From Macrostomum lignano (lineage: Eukaryota), in assembly GCA_002269645.1 (NCBI GenBank), contig NIVC01000944.1, forward strand, positions 124,001 through 188,000: a stretch of 64,000 nucleotides of DNA, in the 5' to 3' direction. Within the stretch, counting starts at the first letter, position 1. Every line of letters begins with the position of its first letter. Positions 44,401 to 53,941 of the stretch are shown here, in pieces. A program made the translations under genes and the position numbers. A model generated the notes under the pieces. The model was given only the letters and a program-made list of their open reading frames with translations, ran no database searches and had not been told where the DNA came from.

Positions 44401-47400
44401 ACTCTGGAGATCTATACCGCTGACTGCTTTTCAGAAAGGTGCGTCTTTACGATCAGCTGTTAAAAACTTTATTGCTAAAGCCCAATCCATAAATTCTCTT
44501 ACAGTTCAAGCTATGGAGCCATCAGTGTGTCTGGAAGAGAAGCCAGGATTAAATTTAACCAGTCAACCATTGTATCAGGATATATTATGAAAGGTTTGCT
44601 TTTGCTTCCACAGATTAATGTGGTTCTATGTTTTTCTCACTGATAGTACTATTATATAACTGCCTAAAACAATGCTTTTTCGTAGAAGACGACGTGTTCA
44701 AGACATTCAAGTACAGCTACAACAACTCTGAGCTTCATTGCAGCGCCTCACCGAACAATTTTGGAAACGAAGTGAGCATCCTTTAGAAACACTTTAGAAC
44801 AGAAATTTTCAGTGCTTGATAGGTTTGACATTGGTCACTAGAATTTGAGAACCTGAATCGGTTGCCAACCAAACCAAATACTCGTATATTCCAGCGGTAC
44901 CCCGGTTTTGGCGCATTCTTCACTCCAAAGACGGTGTTGTTCCAGCGGCCTGTGCTGACCAACAACTTCAGGCTGGAGACAGCTAGATCTGGCTGGCACT
45001 TCAGCTCCAAGCTGCAGCTGAGGCTGATGGCTCAGCCCTACAGCTCGTTCAACGGTTGGTTCAGAAATTATTGTAGTCGGATAACTTAAATGCATCGATG
45101 CCCTTTGAGTTCAGATTCTCAATAAACAGAATTAGCTACCATATAGTGTATCTATACCGTGTGACTAATAACAGATAAATATTGAAATCAACAGTGACTG
45201 AAGTGTTCTGAAACTCAAATTACTTGTGTTTCTTGTCTCACTGTGTCTCCTATTCCAGTGAGCAACTCCTACTTGGGCTGCTACTACCTGCAGTCCGGCC
45301 TAGCAGCTGCTGATTCGATAATGCCGCACTGGTCTGAGGCGGCCTCGCAAAACGAGTCGGCCTGCGCTGAAGCTTGCAGATCGTGGGGCCTGCCGTACGC
45401 CATGTTTCAAACGAAGACGATCTCGGATGAGTCTTCCAGCTGGAAACGTGAGGCGATGCATGCAGATCTTGTCGGTGAGTCCTAAAAATTCTAAGCTAAG
45501 GAATTTGCTAATTTCAGACAAAGACTCGCAGAATTTGGCCTACTGCGGATCCAGACACTGGCACTTCAGCCAGCAACTGGGCGGCTGTGTGGTAATCCAC
45601 AAGAACATCAAGTTCAGGCCAGCCAGTGTGCTTCTGGCTGACTTCCATCCGGGCAAGCTCGCTACCGAGGCGGCGTCTCTGTGCGGGGAGATCGGAGGCT
45701 CCGTGTTGGTGCACAACGACTCAAAGCTGCCCGTCTGGCTTAGTGAGCAGATGTCTCTACTGGCACACCTTAATACTGTATAACTTTAGGAGATCTAAGA
45801 TCTAAATTAAAAACCATAAAATAATCAGGAAGCTGTGTCTGATGTGGCTTTTGTCGAATATCTTTCTACCTTTGTAGAAAGTTTGCAGGTGTTTGTAGCC
45901 TAGTGGTTAGAGCGTCGAACTGAAAGGTCGGGAGTTCGATTCTTGACCCACTCGGAACAATTTGTGTCCTTGAGCAAGACACTTAACTCTGCATTGCTTC
46001 AGCTCACCCAGTTGTAAGCTGGAGTAATTGAGGGTGTGTGACGACCCCGCAGTCCTTGGACTGAACAGCCGTACGCAGCCTTCAGATGCTCCGCACAATA
46101 GCTGCGGCTAATTGTCGGTTGCACATCTGCCCGTTGCGGCAGTTGTAATCAATAATCAATAATTATTATTCTACTTTTCAGATATCCTTCAAGAATTTCA
46201 GCCAAAGCCGTGGGTCTATCTGCTGAATTCAAGTGAGAGTCTGAAAGCAATTTCACGCACTCAACTCAATGTACAAGTATTTTTTCAATGATAATTTCAT
46301 ATTTTCAGCCACGGATTCGCTGGTGGCGTACTTTAGCGGCCTCGATGGCGCTGTGCAGAAATTTAAAGAAGCCTACAGCGCTGACCATCTGAAAATGCAC
46401 AACCTTCAGCTGAGCCTTTACGCACGCTCAGAGTATCCTCTCATTTGCTTTAAAGGTACATTGAAGCTTGGTGGCGGTAGAGCTTGAGCATTAGTTTGCG
46501 TTGCAGTAAACTCTACACAAAAGCTTTTTTTCACCGCAAATCAACTTATTTCAGAAGCAAACGCTTCAACGTACAATCAGAGCACAGAAAGCAGCAACGG
46601 TGGGTATATTTTCTCGAAGCTCTGAGTGAAAAATACAAATCGATATTGCTGCATGCAACATTTTTCTCCAACCACCGCATCAAGCAGGCAGCTGCTTCTG
46701 TACGGTGGACTACACCATCTATGGCAAAACCGGCTCGGACGAACTATGCTCAACCCCCTGCTCAATTGCTAATAAACCGCAGTGCCAGGACAATGTAGCT
46801 AGAGTTCATCGCACCTGGAGTGAGTCGTTTTGATTTAGGGTCTGAATGGCTGAGTATCGGACATACATCAATGATTTTCGCTATTCACCTGCAGACCTGG
46901 CCTGCTTTAACACGCCATCTGTGCTGAACGCCAGCATCGAGTCGGAGCCGCAGCCACACCACCGAGTTGGCGACAAACTGCTGGCCAACTGCATCTACGG
47001 CTTCGAGTTTCTACCTGAGGTCAGGGACAACAGGACCTACGTGTGCGACCAGAGCGGCAGCTTTGCCTACCTGCTGAGCTCGGGGCACCGGTTCTACAAC
47101 ACTAGCGATGCGTGTGTTGGTGAGTGCTGCTTTACCTGAAATACTGCATAGGTCACCTGGTGTTCTGAAAGTTGTAGGCTAAGCAAACTCCTTGACGATT
47201 TCAGTAAAGCGCTGCCCAGCTCTCAACAACCAAACAAGTCCTTTAACTCTGGAATCAACCTACCTGTATCAGAATAGAACATGGATTGAATCCACGGTTC
47301 AGGAATCGTCCGCCCGGTTCCTGTTCGACCACTCGGATCCGTACAACAATGCAGTCAACGCCACGGCTGTCAAGCGCTGCAATCAGGGCTTCCTGCCATC

Positions 47401-50400
47401 AGATGACGTGGAGATGCTGTGTCTAATTGACAAAACCTGGTTGAATTTTGATGCTCCTTGCACCCGTGAGTTGATTTTTAACTAGTCACATTTCTCATAC
47501 GAGTACTTGTAGATGAAACTACTGTAATTAAAATTTTATTAATTTTTTTTTTCAATCAATCAGGAATTGCGTGCCCGGAGCCGGACAACCTGACTGATGC
47601 CTGGATTGATCGGGTTGTCGCAAACGCTGCCCCAATCAATGGTACTCAGGTGCTTGCCTACAGAGACTATGTGGTCTACCGAACGCGGTGGGGCTACGAA
47701 TTCCCGCCAGTAGACGGCTCGAAGGCTGCCGGGCTGTCGGAGTGGCGCTCCGTCTGTCAGGCCACCGGCAACTGGAGCTCCGTGCCGCTGCCTCGGAGTG
47801 AGTGTCGTTTTATGCTGAGCTGGCTTCGTGGAGATGATGTGCCTGATTGACATGTACCGTACAAATAGTAGCACAGCAATGCTGAATTATTAGCTGAGCA
47901 GCGGCACAGGGTGCATCACTGGGCTGTGTTGTGTTGAGAAAGTCAGACTGATTTTGGGGTACACACGATCTTAGACCCCTTTGGCCTTCTGACTGGTACA
48001 TTTATATTTTAGCTGCGACAGATCAATATCGCCAAACAGGTATACATAACAGATGTACATAACAGATGTACATACCTGCAAACCAACTATACAACAGGCT
48101 GGAACATGAATCGGGCCATCCACAGAATTCGGGGCGCCAGCGTTGCTAACAGACAGTTGAAAAAAGACGAGTGCGTGCCTGTCCTCACCGGTAGGGCGTC
48201 TGCAGTGCCCGCAGCAGCACCTCCTGTATCGGCTCAGTGCCGATGATGTCTCCTGCTAAGTGGACTCGCCGGCACAGCAACTGAGGGCCAAGTGGTTGGC
48301 CCGCTCATCCTAGATACCATTTTTATTAACTCCGAACATTGAGAGCAAACACTAATTTCCACAATTGTCTATTCTTCGAAATTAATTTTCTACCAAAAAC
48401 TGGTCTAACTACAGAGATCTACTGCCACCTGAGGATCTCCAACCTGACCGCCCTGCCGAACGTCAGCCTGTCGAACTACAACAGCTCCGCTGCTCACAGG
48501 TATCTGGACACAGCCGTGATTTCGTGCTCCAACTCAAGCACACACGAGTTCGCACTGGCGCCCAGCGTCATGCAGTTCGACATTCAGTGCAATGCCGACC
48601 GGGTGTGGACGAATGAGTCGGTGTGGAGCCGGGGCTGCAGTCGTGAGTTTCAGAGATCAGAGCTTGTGACTTTGCGAGCATAGTGTGGAGCCGGGGCTGC
48701 AGTCGTGAGTTTCAGAGATCAGAGCTTGTGACTTTGCGAGCATGCTGAGGGAGTTATTGGGAGAATATCGCGCTTTTGCATCATCGTACCAGACTGGGTC
48801 TGAAATTGGTGCTGTGAATTTCTATCAGTCGCATTTCTCATTTCCAGTAAAAACCTGCCCGCCGCCCGAAATCGAGTCGGTGCCCTATCAGCTGGTCGGC
48901 GTCAGCATTAACCGCACGGAGTACATTAAGCGGCTGCTCACTCACCCGATCGTTAGCAGCAAAGCTTTCGTGTTCAGCGAGCTGCAGCTCAGCTGCCCTG
49001 ACGGATTCTTTGCACCGGATGAGGCGCCGCGCTCAACTCTCTGCCTGCCGAATGGTACTTGGACTGCGTTCGAAAACTGCTCAAGTGCGTTGTGATTTAC
49101 CCTAAATTCAAATGCTATTCCTAGTCTTGCAGATACCAAAGTCAGGATACGAGTGTTGTGCTCAAAAGCAGGTTTTTCCATTGCTTCTGCCTGATTTTCA
49201 ACCTCCAGGAAGCAGCTGCGGTGAGCCGCCAGCGGTAGGGAAGGCCAGAATCACTCGAAATGCGTCCAACATTGTGGGAGAGAACTTTCGACTCTACGAC
49301 ACGGTCTACTACTTAGCAGATGCGGGCTACCAGTTTTCTGGTGTTGAGCGGCCCTGGCACTTCATCAGCTGCACTTGGAACTCCAGTCTCAATGAGAGCT
49401 TCTGGACTGACCTGCCTCCGGTAGAATGTGAGTGCCGAGTGTATCCTATAAATCGCAATGCGTTTACTGATTAGTGACATGTGACCTGACAGAGTAACCT
49501 GTGACCTGACTGAGTGACCTGCGACCTGACAGAGTAACCTGTGACCTGACTGAGTGACCTGTGACCTGACAGAGTAACCTGTGAGCTGACTGAGTGTCCT
49601 GTGACCTGACAGAGTAACCTGTGAGCTGACTGAGTGACCTGTGACCTGACAGAGTAACCTGTGACCTGACAGAGTGACCTGTGACCTGACAGAGTAACCT
49701 GTGACCTGACAGAGTAACCTGTGACCTGACTGAGTGACCTGTGACCTGACTGAGTGACCTGTGACCTGACAGAGTAACCTGTGACCTGACTGAGTGACCT
49801 GTGACCTGACTGAGTGACATGTGACCTGACAGAGTAACCTGTGAGCTGACTGAGTGACATGTGACCTGACTGAGTGACCTGTGACCTGACTGAGTGACCT
49901 GTGACCTGACTGAGTGACATGTGACCTGACAGAGTAACCTGTGAGCTGACTGAGTGACATGTGACCTGACTGAGTGACCTGTGACCTGACTGAGTGACAT
50001 GTGACCTGACAGAGTAACCTGTGAGCTGACTGAGTGACCTGTGACCTGACTGAGTGACATGTGACCTGACAGAGTAACCTGTGAGCTGACTGAGTGAACT
50101 GTGACCTGATAGAGTAACCTGTGAGCTGACTGAGTGACCTGTGACCTGACTTAATGAACTGTGACCTGACTGAGTGACATGTGACCTGACAGAGTAACCT
50201 GTGACCTGACTGAGTGACCTGTGACCTGACTGAGTGACATGTGACCTGACAGAGTAACCTGTGAGCTGACTGAGTGACCTGTGACCTGATAGAGTAACCT
50301 GTGACCTGACTGAGTGACCTGTGACCTGACTTAATGAACTGTGACCTGACTAAATGACCTGTGACCTGACTGAGTGACCTGTGCCACTTAAAAAGTGTAA

Positions 50401-53400
50401 TTTTCGCGCATGAGGCGCGGGTCGGATGAGTTCAGTTGTCCATGTGAACATTTATTTTGATCCGAGAAAGCATTGTATTTTTAGTAGGTTATAAAATATA
50501 TCACTCAGAATGCTGCACTTCAATCTTTTCACTCATTGCAGTGGGCCGCTGCCCGGCACCTGCCGTCCCACAAGCCGTGTATCAAATGCCGACCTGGAAC
50601 TCCACCGCCAAGGCAGTCGAATTTGTGAGGCTCAACGTGAGCCTCTTCGCTTTTTCTTCCAACATTTCGCAGCAATCTTTCTCCAGAAACTTCATTGTGT
50701 GCGCACCTGGGCACAAGAACCTTGACAGCGTAGATCACATCGAGTGCCAATCAAGCTGGCACTGGAGTCCGATGCCCAACTGCTCTCGTGAGTAGCTATT
50801 AATCTGGACGTTAATGATAATTCCAGGTAGGTTTTGGGCACCCTGGAACAACGACTCCGGCCACATCGTCCCAAAACCACTGATGGTGCTGCTCTGCCTA
50901 TTCCGCAGACTCCTGAGTTCGTATTGAAAATGTTTCATTCTGCAGGTTTGAACTGTCCGGAGCCCCCACAGATGAGCAACGCATCGGTGCAGAGCAGCGT
51001 GCTTCAGTCTCCGAACTCCAGCTGGTTTCTGTACGACTCCGTGATCTACAGAGCGAGTCCCGGCTTCCAGTTCAGTGCGGTGAACAGCACAGAGTGGTTC
51101 AGCACCTGTCTTTTGAAGAGCGACAATGTCACTACCTACTGGAGGGAAGTTGCGCCTCCGAAAAGTAAGGAATTTTTATCATGCAATGTCGGTTGTGCTT
51201 AAAGTTTGTAAAATACGCTGGTGACTTTCAATTACGTTTTACGCATGAACTGCCTCGCACCTTACCGTAGGAATTCAGTGTCGTCCAAATCTGAGCGAAA
51301 TTTTCGATGCAACACTTCTTGATGTCATGAATTCAACGGGAACATTGTACTTGGACAGTGCTGTCCTGCGCTGTGCCAACTCATCCCTTCGCGAGTTGAG
51401 CGCCAGTCGGGATCACAATGAGCTGTCTACCCAGTGCCTGGCAAACGGTTCCTGGTCCAATGAGTGGCTGTGGAGCTCTGGGTGCTCTTGTAAGTGTCGT
51501 TTTCAGTTATTTACTAAATTTGTACTTAGCCTGCCAGCCATTTGTCTTGCATTAAATTGGTAGCCCTTACATGTACTTGAAATTAATTTGCAAGCAGAGC
51601 CCAGAGAGCACTTTTTATTTTACAAATGCTCCCTTCCAGTCATCAACTTTTTGTTCAGTCAGCTCGTCGTCAGCCAACGCTCCTAGGCCCATGCATTGCA
51701 CAGTTGCAATAAAAGTACATGTTGTTGAGTCAGATAGCTTACCCTATAATTTCACTCTATCAGACTACTTTTGGCCCATTACCTAAAAGATTGTAGCTTA
51801 TGTATGAAGTATCGAATGTATGTCGCATTCAAGCCATCGCAAAAGTCAGCTAAACCGCATGAAATGCTCAACTTTCTCTCGGCAGTGAAAACCTGCCCAG
51901 GCTTCGTTGCAAACCAGGAGGAAGTGTACACGGTTCATTGTCACAACGGCAGCTTGGACTCCGTCTACAACCAGACCATAAGCGTCAGAGTCGCCCCATT
52001 CACCAACTCGAACGTGTCGGCAGCGCCTGTGCACACAGAAGTGCAGCTGTGGTGCCCAGCAACTCACTTTCTTCCGCCCAGCGCGCCCAATAAAACCTGG
52101 TGCCAAGAGACCAAGAACTGGTCTAGTTATGAGTCCTGCGTCAGTAAGTTTATCTGCTTGAAATCCGATGCTTAAATTGTTTAAGTACTGTTGTATTGAT
52201 TTGCTGGTTGACTGATTCGCCCTAGTTAATTGAAATGATGTCTTTTGACTCTGATTCAGTTGGTTTATCTCGCATTATAATCTCACTAAACATAACTTTT
52301 AGGACTGGCCTGCCCGTCACCGCCGGCCCCGTCTGGTGCCAGCGTCAGCAGCCACTTCCTCAACCGGCCGCCAGACCCGCAGCTGCGGCTTTTCGACAGC
52401 GTCTTCTACGAGGCTCTCAGCGGCTCCTACTTTACCGTCATCAACTCTACCTGGTGGCTGAGCACCTGTCTTCTAAATGAGTCCAGCGGCCTACCCTACT
52501 GGACCGAGCTGTTCCCACTTGAGAGTGAGTGAATGACGCACCAAGTGACGTCATTTGTATTCAACGTGTTTTTATACATGCATACAAAAATTAAGTTATT
52601 AGGTTCAATACTGAAATTGTCCTAAACAGTAACAGTATAGGAACCATTGATATCGGTCATTGTATTTGATTTTTAGCGGGCCAATGCGTTCCCGGAATCG
52701 CGGAGCTGTCCGCTCTGCCCGGTATTTCTCTGATCGGAAACTCGAGCGAGCTCAACCGCACAATCGAGATCCGCTGCCTCGACGCAGCATCGCAGGAGTT
52801 TTTGGACGCGCCATCCGTGACCGAGTTTCACTCCGTGTGCCAGCCTGGAGGACAGTGGAGAAACTTCAGTCAGTGGGGACATGGCTGCGGCGGTGAGTCT
52901 GGATGTCGCGAGCTGGCAGGGATTGGCCTGGCTGTAGACTTAGAAAAGTATATATTAAATATTGCAAAGCAACGTTGCTGCTTTCTTCCAGCGTAGGTTT
53001 TAACAATTAAATAATGATAAAAGCTGTTACTTTAAGCATTTACTAATAAAATCTTAATGGATACTTTATAGTATCCTGTGCGCAATATTTCAAGAGCTGA
53101 AGACCTAGAACTGGGTAGTCATTCTTATTCTCAAACTTTCTAGGACGAACCTGTGACGCCATTTCCGTCCTTGAGCGGCTCTTCACCATCGCGGAGATCA
53201 ATGAGAACGCCCAGCTTGCTGGATACCGCAACATCAGCTTGTCCTCGCTTAACTTGACGTTGCCTGCGGCTGCCCAGAACGGCAGCAAGCTGCCAGTTGG
53301 GACTCGCCTGAGCATCGGCTGCCCTCCCGGACTTCGGTGGCAGAGTGGCGCTCCGGATTCCACCGTGTGCCGACAGGATAGGACTTGGAGCTCTTACCAG

Positions 53401-53941
53401 CTATGTCAGCGTGAGTTGCTACAGAATCTGACAGTCCCAATGTTCTTAGTGCTTGAAAAGAAGTATCACATGTGCTTTAGGTAACATCAAGTGCTACCGG
53501 AAGAATTTATTTAGCATGAGAGCATTTCTTTTTACCGTGCTACTATTTTATCATAGAAGCAATCGATAATAACGGCACCCTACTAATACAATGAAAATGG
53601 AAACTTCAGGACATTTCCGGTTTTCTATACTTCAAACCTACTTCAGGCCAGTATTGCCGGATCGCTTCTCCCGTATTCGGAGCTGAGCTAAGCGACTTCC
53701 ATCTGCTCGAGCAGGCGGAGAAGTACCGCGTGCACGACCTGATCCGATACAAGGCGGAGTACGGCCGCCTGTTCTCGGGCAGCAACAGCAGCTACGCTTA
53801 CTCAAAATGCGCCTACAATGATGAAGAAGAATACGGCTACTGGACTCCGGTGCCTGCGACCTTCTTAGCCTGTAAGTTACCTGCGTGTCCGCCTTTGTGC
53901 ATTGGTTTGCAGATTTCTATAAACTGAAACTGCACGGCTGA
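23495..53941 (+). CDS. Gene B: giant secreted sushi/WSC/CTLD mosaic glycoprotein, ~3,750 aa, 46 exons plus a tentative terminal exon
   Basis: Exons: 23495-23573 (signal peptide MTDSSQLSKLASVLLILMASSALA), 23997-24278, 24740-25012, 27255-27536, 32913-33197, 33806-34123, 35634-35826, 36486-36553, 37153-37500, 37960-38370, 38444-38629, 38717-39004, 39288-39605, 39685-40171, 40359-41317, 41499-41777, 41868-41981, 42073-42249, 42584-43105, 43178-43300, 43403-43810, 43930-44199, 44309-44438, 44505-44593, 44686-44771, 44895-45054, 45259-45474, 45518-45742, 46182-46232, 46309-46455, 46555-46599, 46685-46819, 46895-47119, 47205-47465, 47564-47797, 48415-48642, 48848-49084, 49209-49427, 50542-50787, 50946-51164, 51271-51489, 51886-52143, 52303-52524, 52677-52892, 53144-53410, 53647-53871; tentative 53913-53941 (YFYKLKLHG*). 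Splice phases are consistent throughout (sum 11,230 nt before the last exon). Confidence 0.88.
23997..36553 (+). CDS. Gene B N-terminal block: 6 atypical 4-Cys sushi-like modules (W-Z-W-Z, then two more, the last split over two exons)
   Basis: W type: PCAN..QVNVTCRAGVGAYF..LDCRNGSW..PDCI. Z type: HVCGSP..QVLQCPTLHGYRF..ICGFRGW..QCE. Split module RICWLG..FRCMSGY..NVCE | SW..NTCR. Confidence 0.75.
25262..25997. repeat. 30-bp minisatellite (CAGCAAGCCTTGACATCTCAGCAATTYTCC)n, ~24 copies, intronic
   Basis: Direct reading; in-frame on both strands, giving artefactual ORFs. Confidence 0.95.
27636..28030. repeat. 30/33-bp minisatellite (GACTCTGGGCCAGYGACGCTCCTAAGTAGT[GGT]), left part
   Basis: Direct reading; continues at 31226-31947 beyond the LTR element. 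Confidence 0.92.
28357..28938 (-). pseudogene. Gypsy integrase C-terminal fragment
   Basis: HSPPYHPQSNGCAERMVQTVK is the integrase motif with the third catalytic residue (E); the N-terminal HHCC and D,D region is absent. Confidence 0.88.
28866..30911 (-). CDS. Gypsy gag-protease-RT polyprotein (681 aa), truncated after the RT core
   Basis: Two zinc knuckles (CSSCGMQHQPGRC, CNKCSKRNHFAAVC), protease LDSGSDSSII, RT motifs WASPIVVVRKPNGDIRICADY, RMPYG and YQDD, then FLGLTNYYARY followed by an out-of-frame junction. Confidence 0.9.
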   Translation of the reverse strand: MASRADDLPLNDPAMTEAWLRSFAALSRSKNLTDNRQVTDLFLAKAGVNAVRIVSVMAKPKELEEMDFADIKKLIIEKTLPKKKLVIAERSKFMSMRQEPTESVQAFAQRLRDAARFCEFDQLNAEDSHQTAEDELMQTMLVSGLHSVQHRSRILEHIQGSSQPVALLDSSVEFIQQLELIQQYGGADSQKTGETAAPAPASIASIDKNRRDGRATCSSCGMQHQPGRCPARGKTCNKCSKRNHFAAVCKSAPRSTHEVEAAETTEDGPIFSVSRTQQHKTSSLKTVLIDDHALAMQLDSGSDSSIIPQNFWKQLGEPRLRKCRRQLRQFDGSIIKTLGSFTAAVELENKIACVEFTVAACSKTHGLLGTDLLQFDLDAVCLKHVGQAQETPLGKLNGFKARILLRDNVRPSYFEARPVPIHLKPLVITKLRKLVDSGVLESVAPGGSQWASPIVVVRKPNGDIRICADYKIGVNPKICADSYPLPNIETAFCELAGMSHFGSIDLADAYNQLELDEASKEILTINTPIGLPCWTRMPYGVKTASAQFQAAMEATVGGLVSNLVIYQDDVCVGARSEAELDEKVEKLLRKLKAAEMQINEHKCVFRSTAISFLGYKISADGVRPDSKLVEKVQQTRAPTNRKELESFLGLTNYYARYVQTWCTRRRTIRSPTAVLSAWSRR
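31226..31947. repeat. 30/33-bp minisatellite, right part
   Basis: Same unit as 27636-28030. Confidence 0.92.
33322..33635 (+). mobile_element. tRNA-derived CORE-like SINE, apparently full length
   Basis: GGGCTGTAGCCTAGTGGTTAGAGCG..GGTTCGACTCC, core CCTT/CTTTGAGCAAGACACTTAAC..CAGCTGTAAAATGG, (ATT)n tail. Confidence 0.85.
35165..35465. repeat. Purine-rich ~10-bp degenerate repeat (GGAATGGCAG)n
   Basis: Direct reading. Confidence 0.85.
36760..37075. repeat. hAT-like left end (CAGGGGTCGGAAAACTCCGGCCCGCGG) followed by a ~44-bp degenerate repeat (CTGTGAACTATGTCC..GCAGTGCCC), ~5 copies
   Basis: The start resembles common hAT MITE termini; no matching right TIR confirmed. Confidence 0.5.
37153..46819 (+). 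CDS. Gene B central block: 7 WSC (one split), 5 CTLD-like, ~5 fibrinogen-N-like two-Cys modules, one discoidin-like and one unassigned region
   Basis: WSC motifs such as YYRGCF..CRTRC..CYC..CLSECADSEYCGG..SVY and LLGCF..CLAAC..CYC..CSKTCKGNQYQTCGG..SVY. CTLD motifs such as CSPGWFGYRGSCY..FC and CDQGWLQVNGSCY..ARLFC..FWVGL. Two-Cys motif SCLDIFKKG..YYLI..YC. Confidence 0.8.
37710..37883. repeat. 26-bp minisatellite (CCTCCAGAGATCCAGCCCAACCCCAA), ~6.5 copies
   Basis: Direct reading. Confidence 0.92.
45888..46170 (+). mobile_element. tRNA-derived CORE-like SINE
   Basis: GTAGCCTAGTGGTTAGAGCG..GTTCGATTC, core GTGTCCTTGAGCAAGACACTTAACTC; 3' part matches the 33.3-kb copy. Confidence 0.82.
46895..53871 (+). 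CDS. Gene B C-terminal block: 14 sushi/CCP-like modules, one per phase 1-1 exon
   Basis: All exon lengths are multiples of 3 and show CCP-like Cys/Trp spacing; five exons (47564, 49209, 50946, 52303, 53647) have only Cys1 and Cys3. Confidence 0.85.
48621..48743. repeat. 62-bp tandem duplication spanning an exon end and its 5' splice site
   Basis: GTGTGGAGCCGGGGCTGCAGTC|GTGAGTTTCAG..GCGAGCAT at 48621 and again at 48683. Confidence 0.9.
49470..50385. repeat. 20-bp satellite (GTGACCTGACWGAGTRACCT)n, ~45 units, intronic
   Basis: Direct reading; built from GTGAC/CTGAC sub-repeats. Confidence 0.95.

Noticed and set aside
37153-46819. Polycystin-1/REJ-family receptor (has WSC plus CTLD)
   Set aside because: No PKD repeats, REJ, GPS/GAIN, PLAT or transmembrane segments are visible.
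53939-53941. Selenocysteine recoding of the in-frame TGA
   Set aside because: No redox-motif context and no SECIS identified; an ordinary stop or nonsense allele is simpler.
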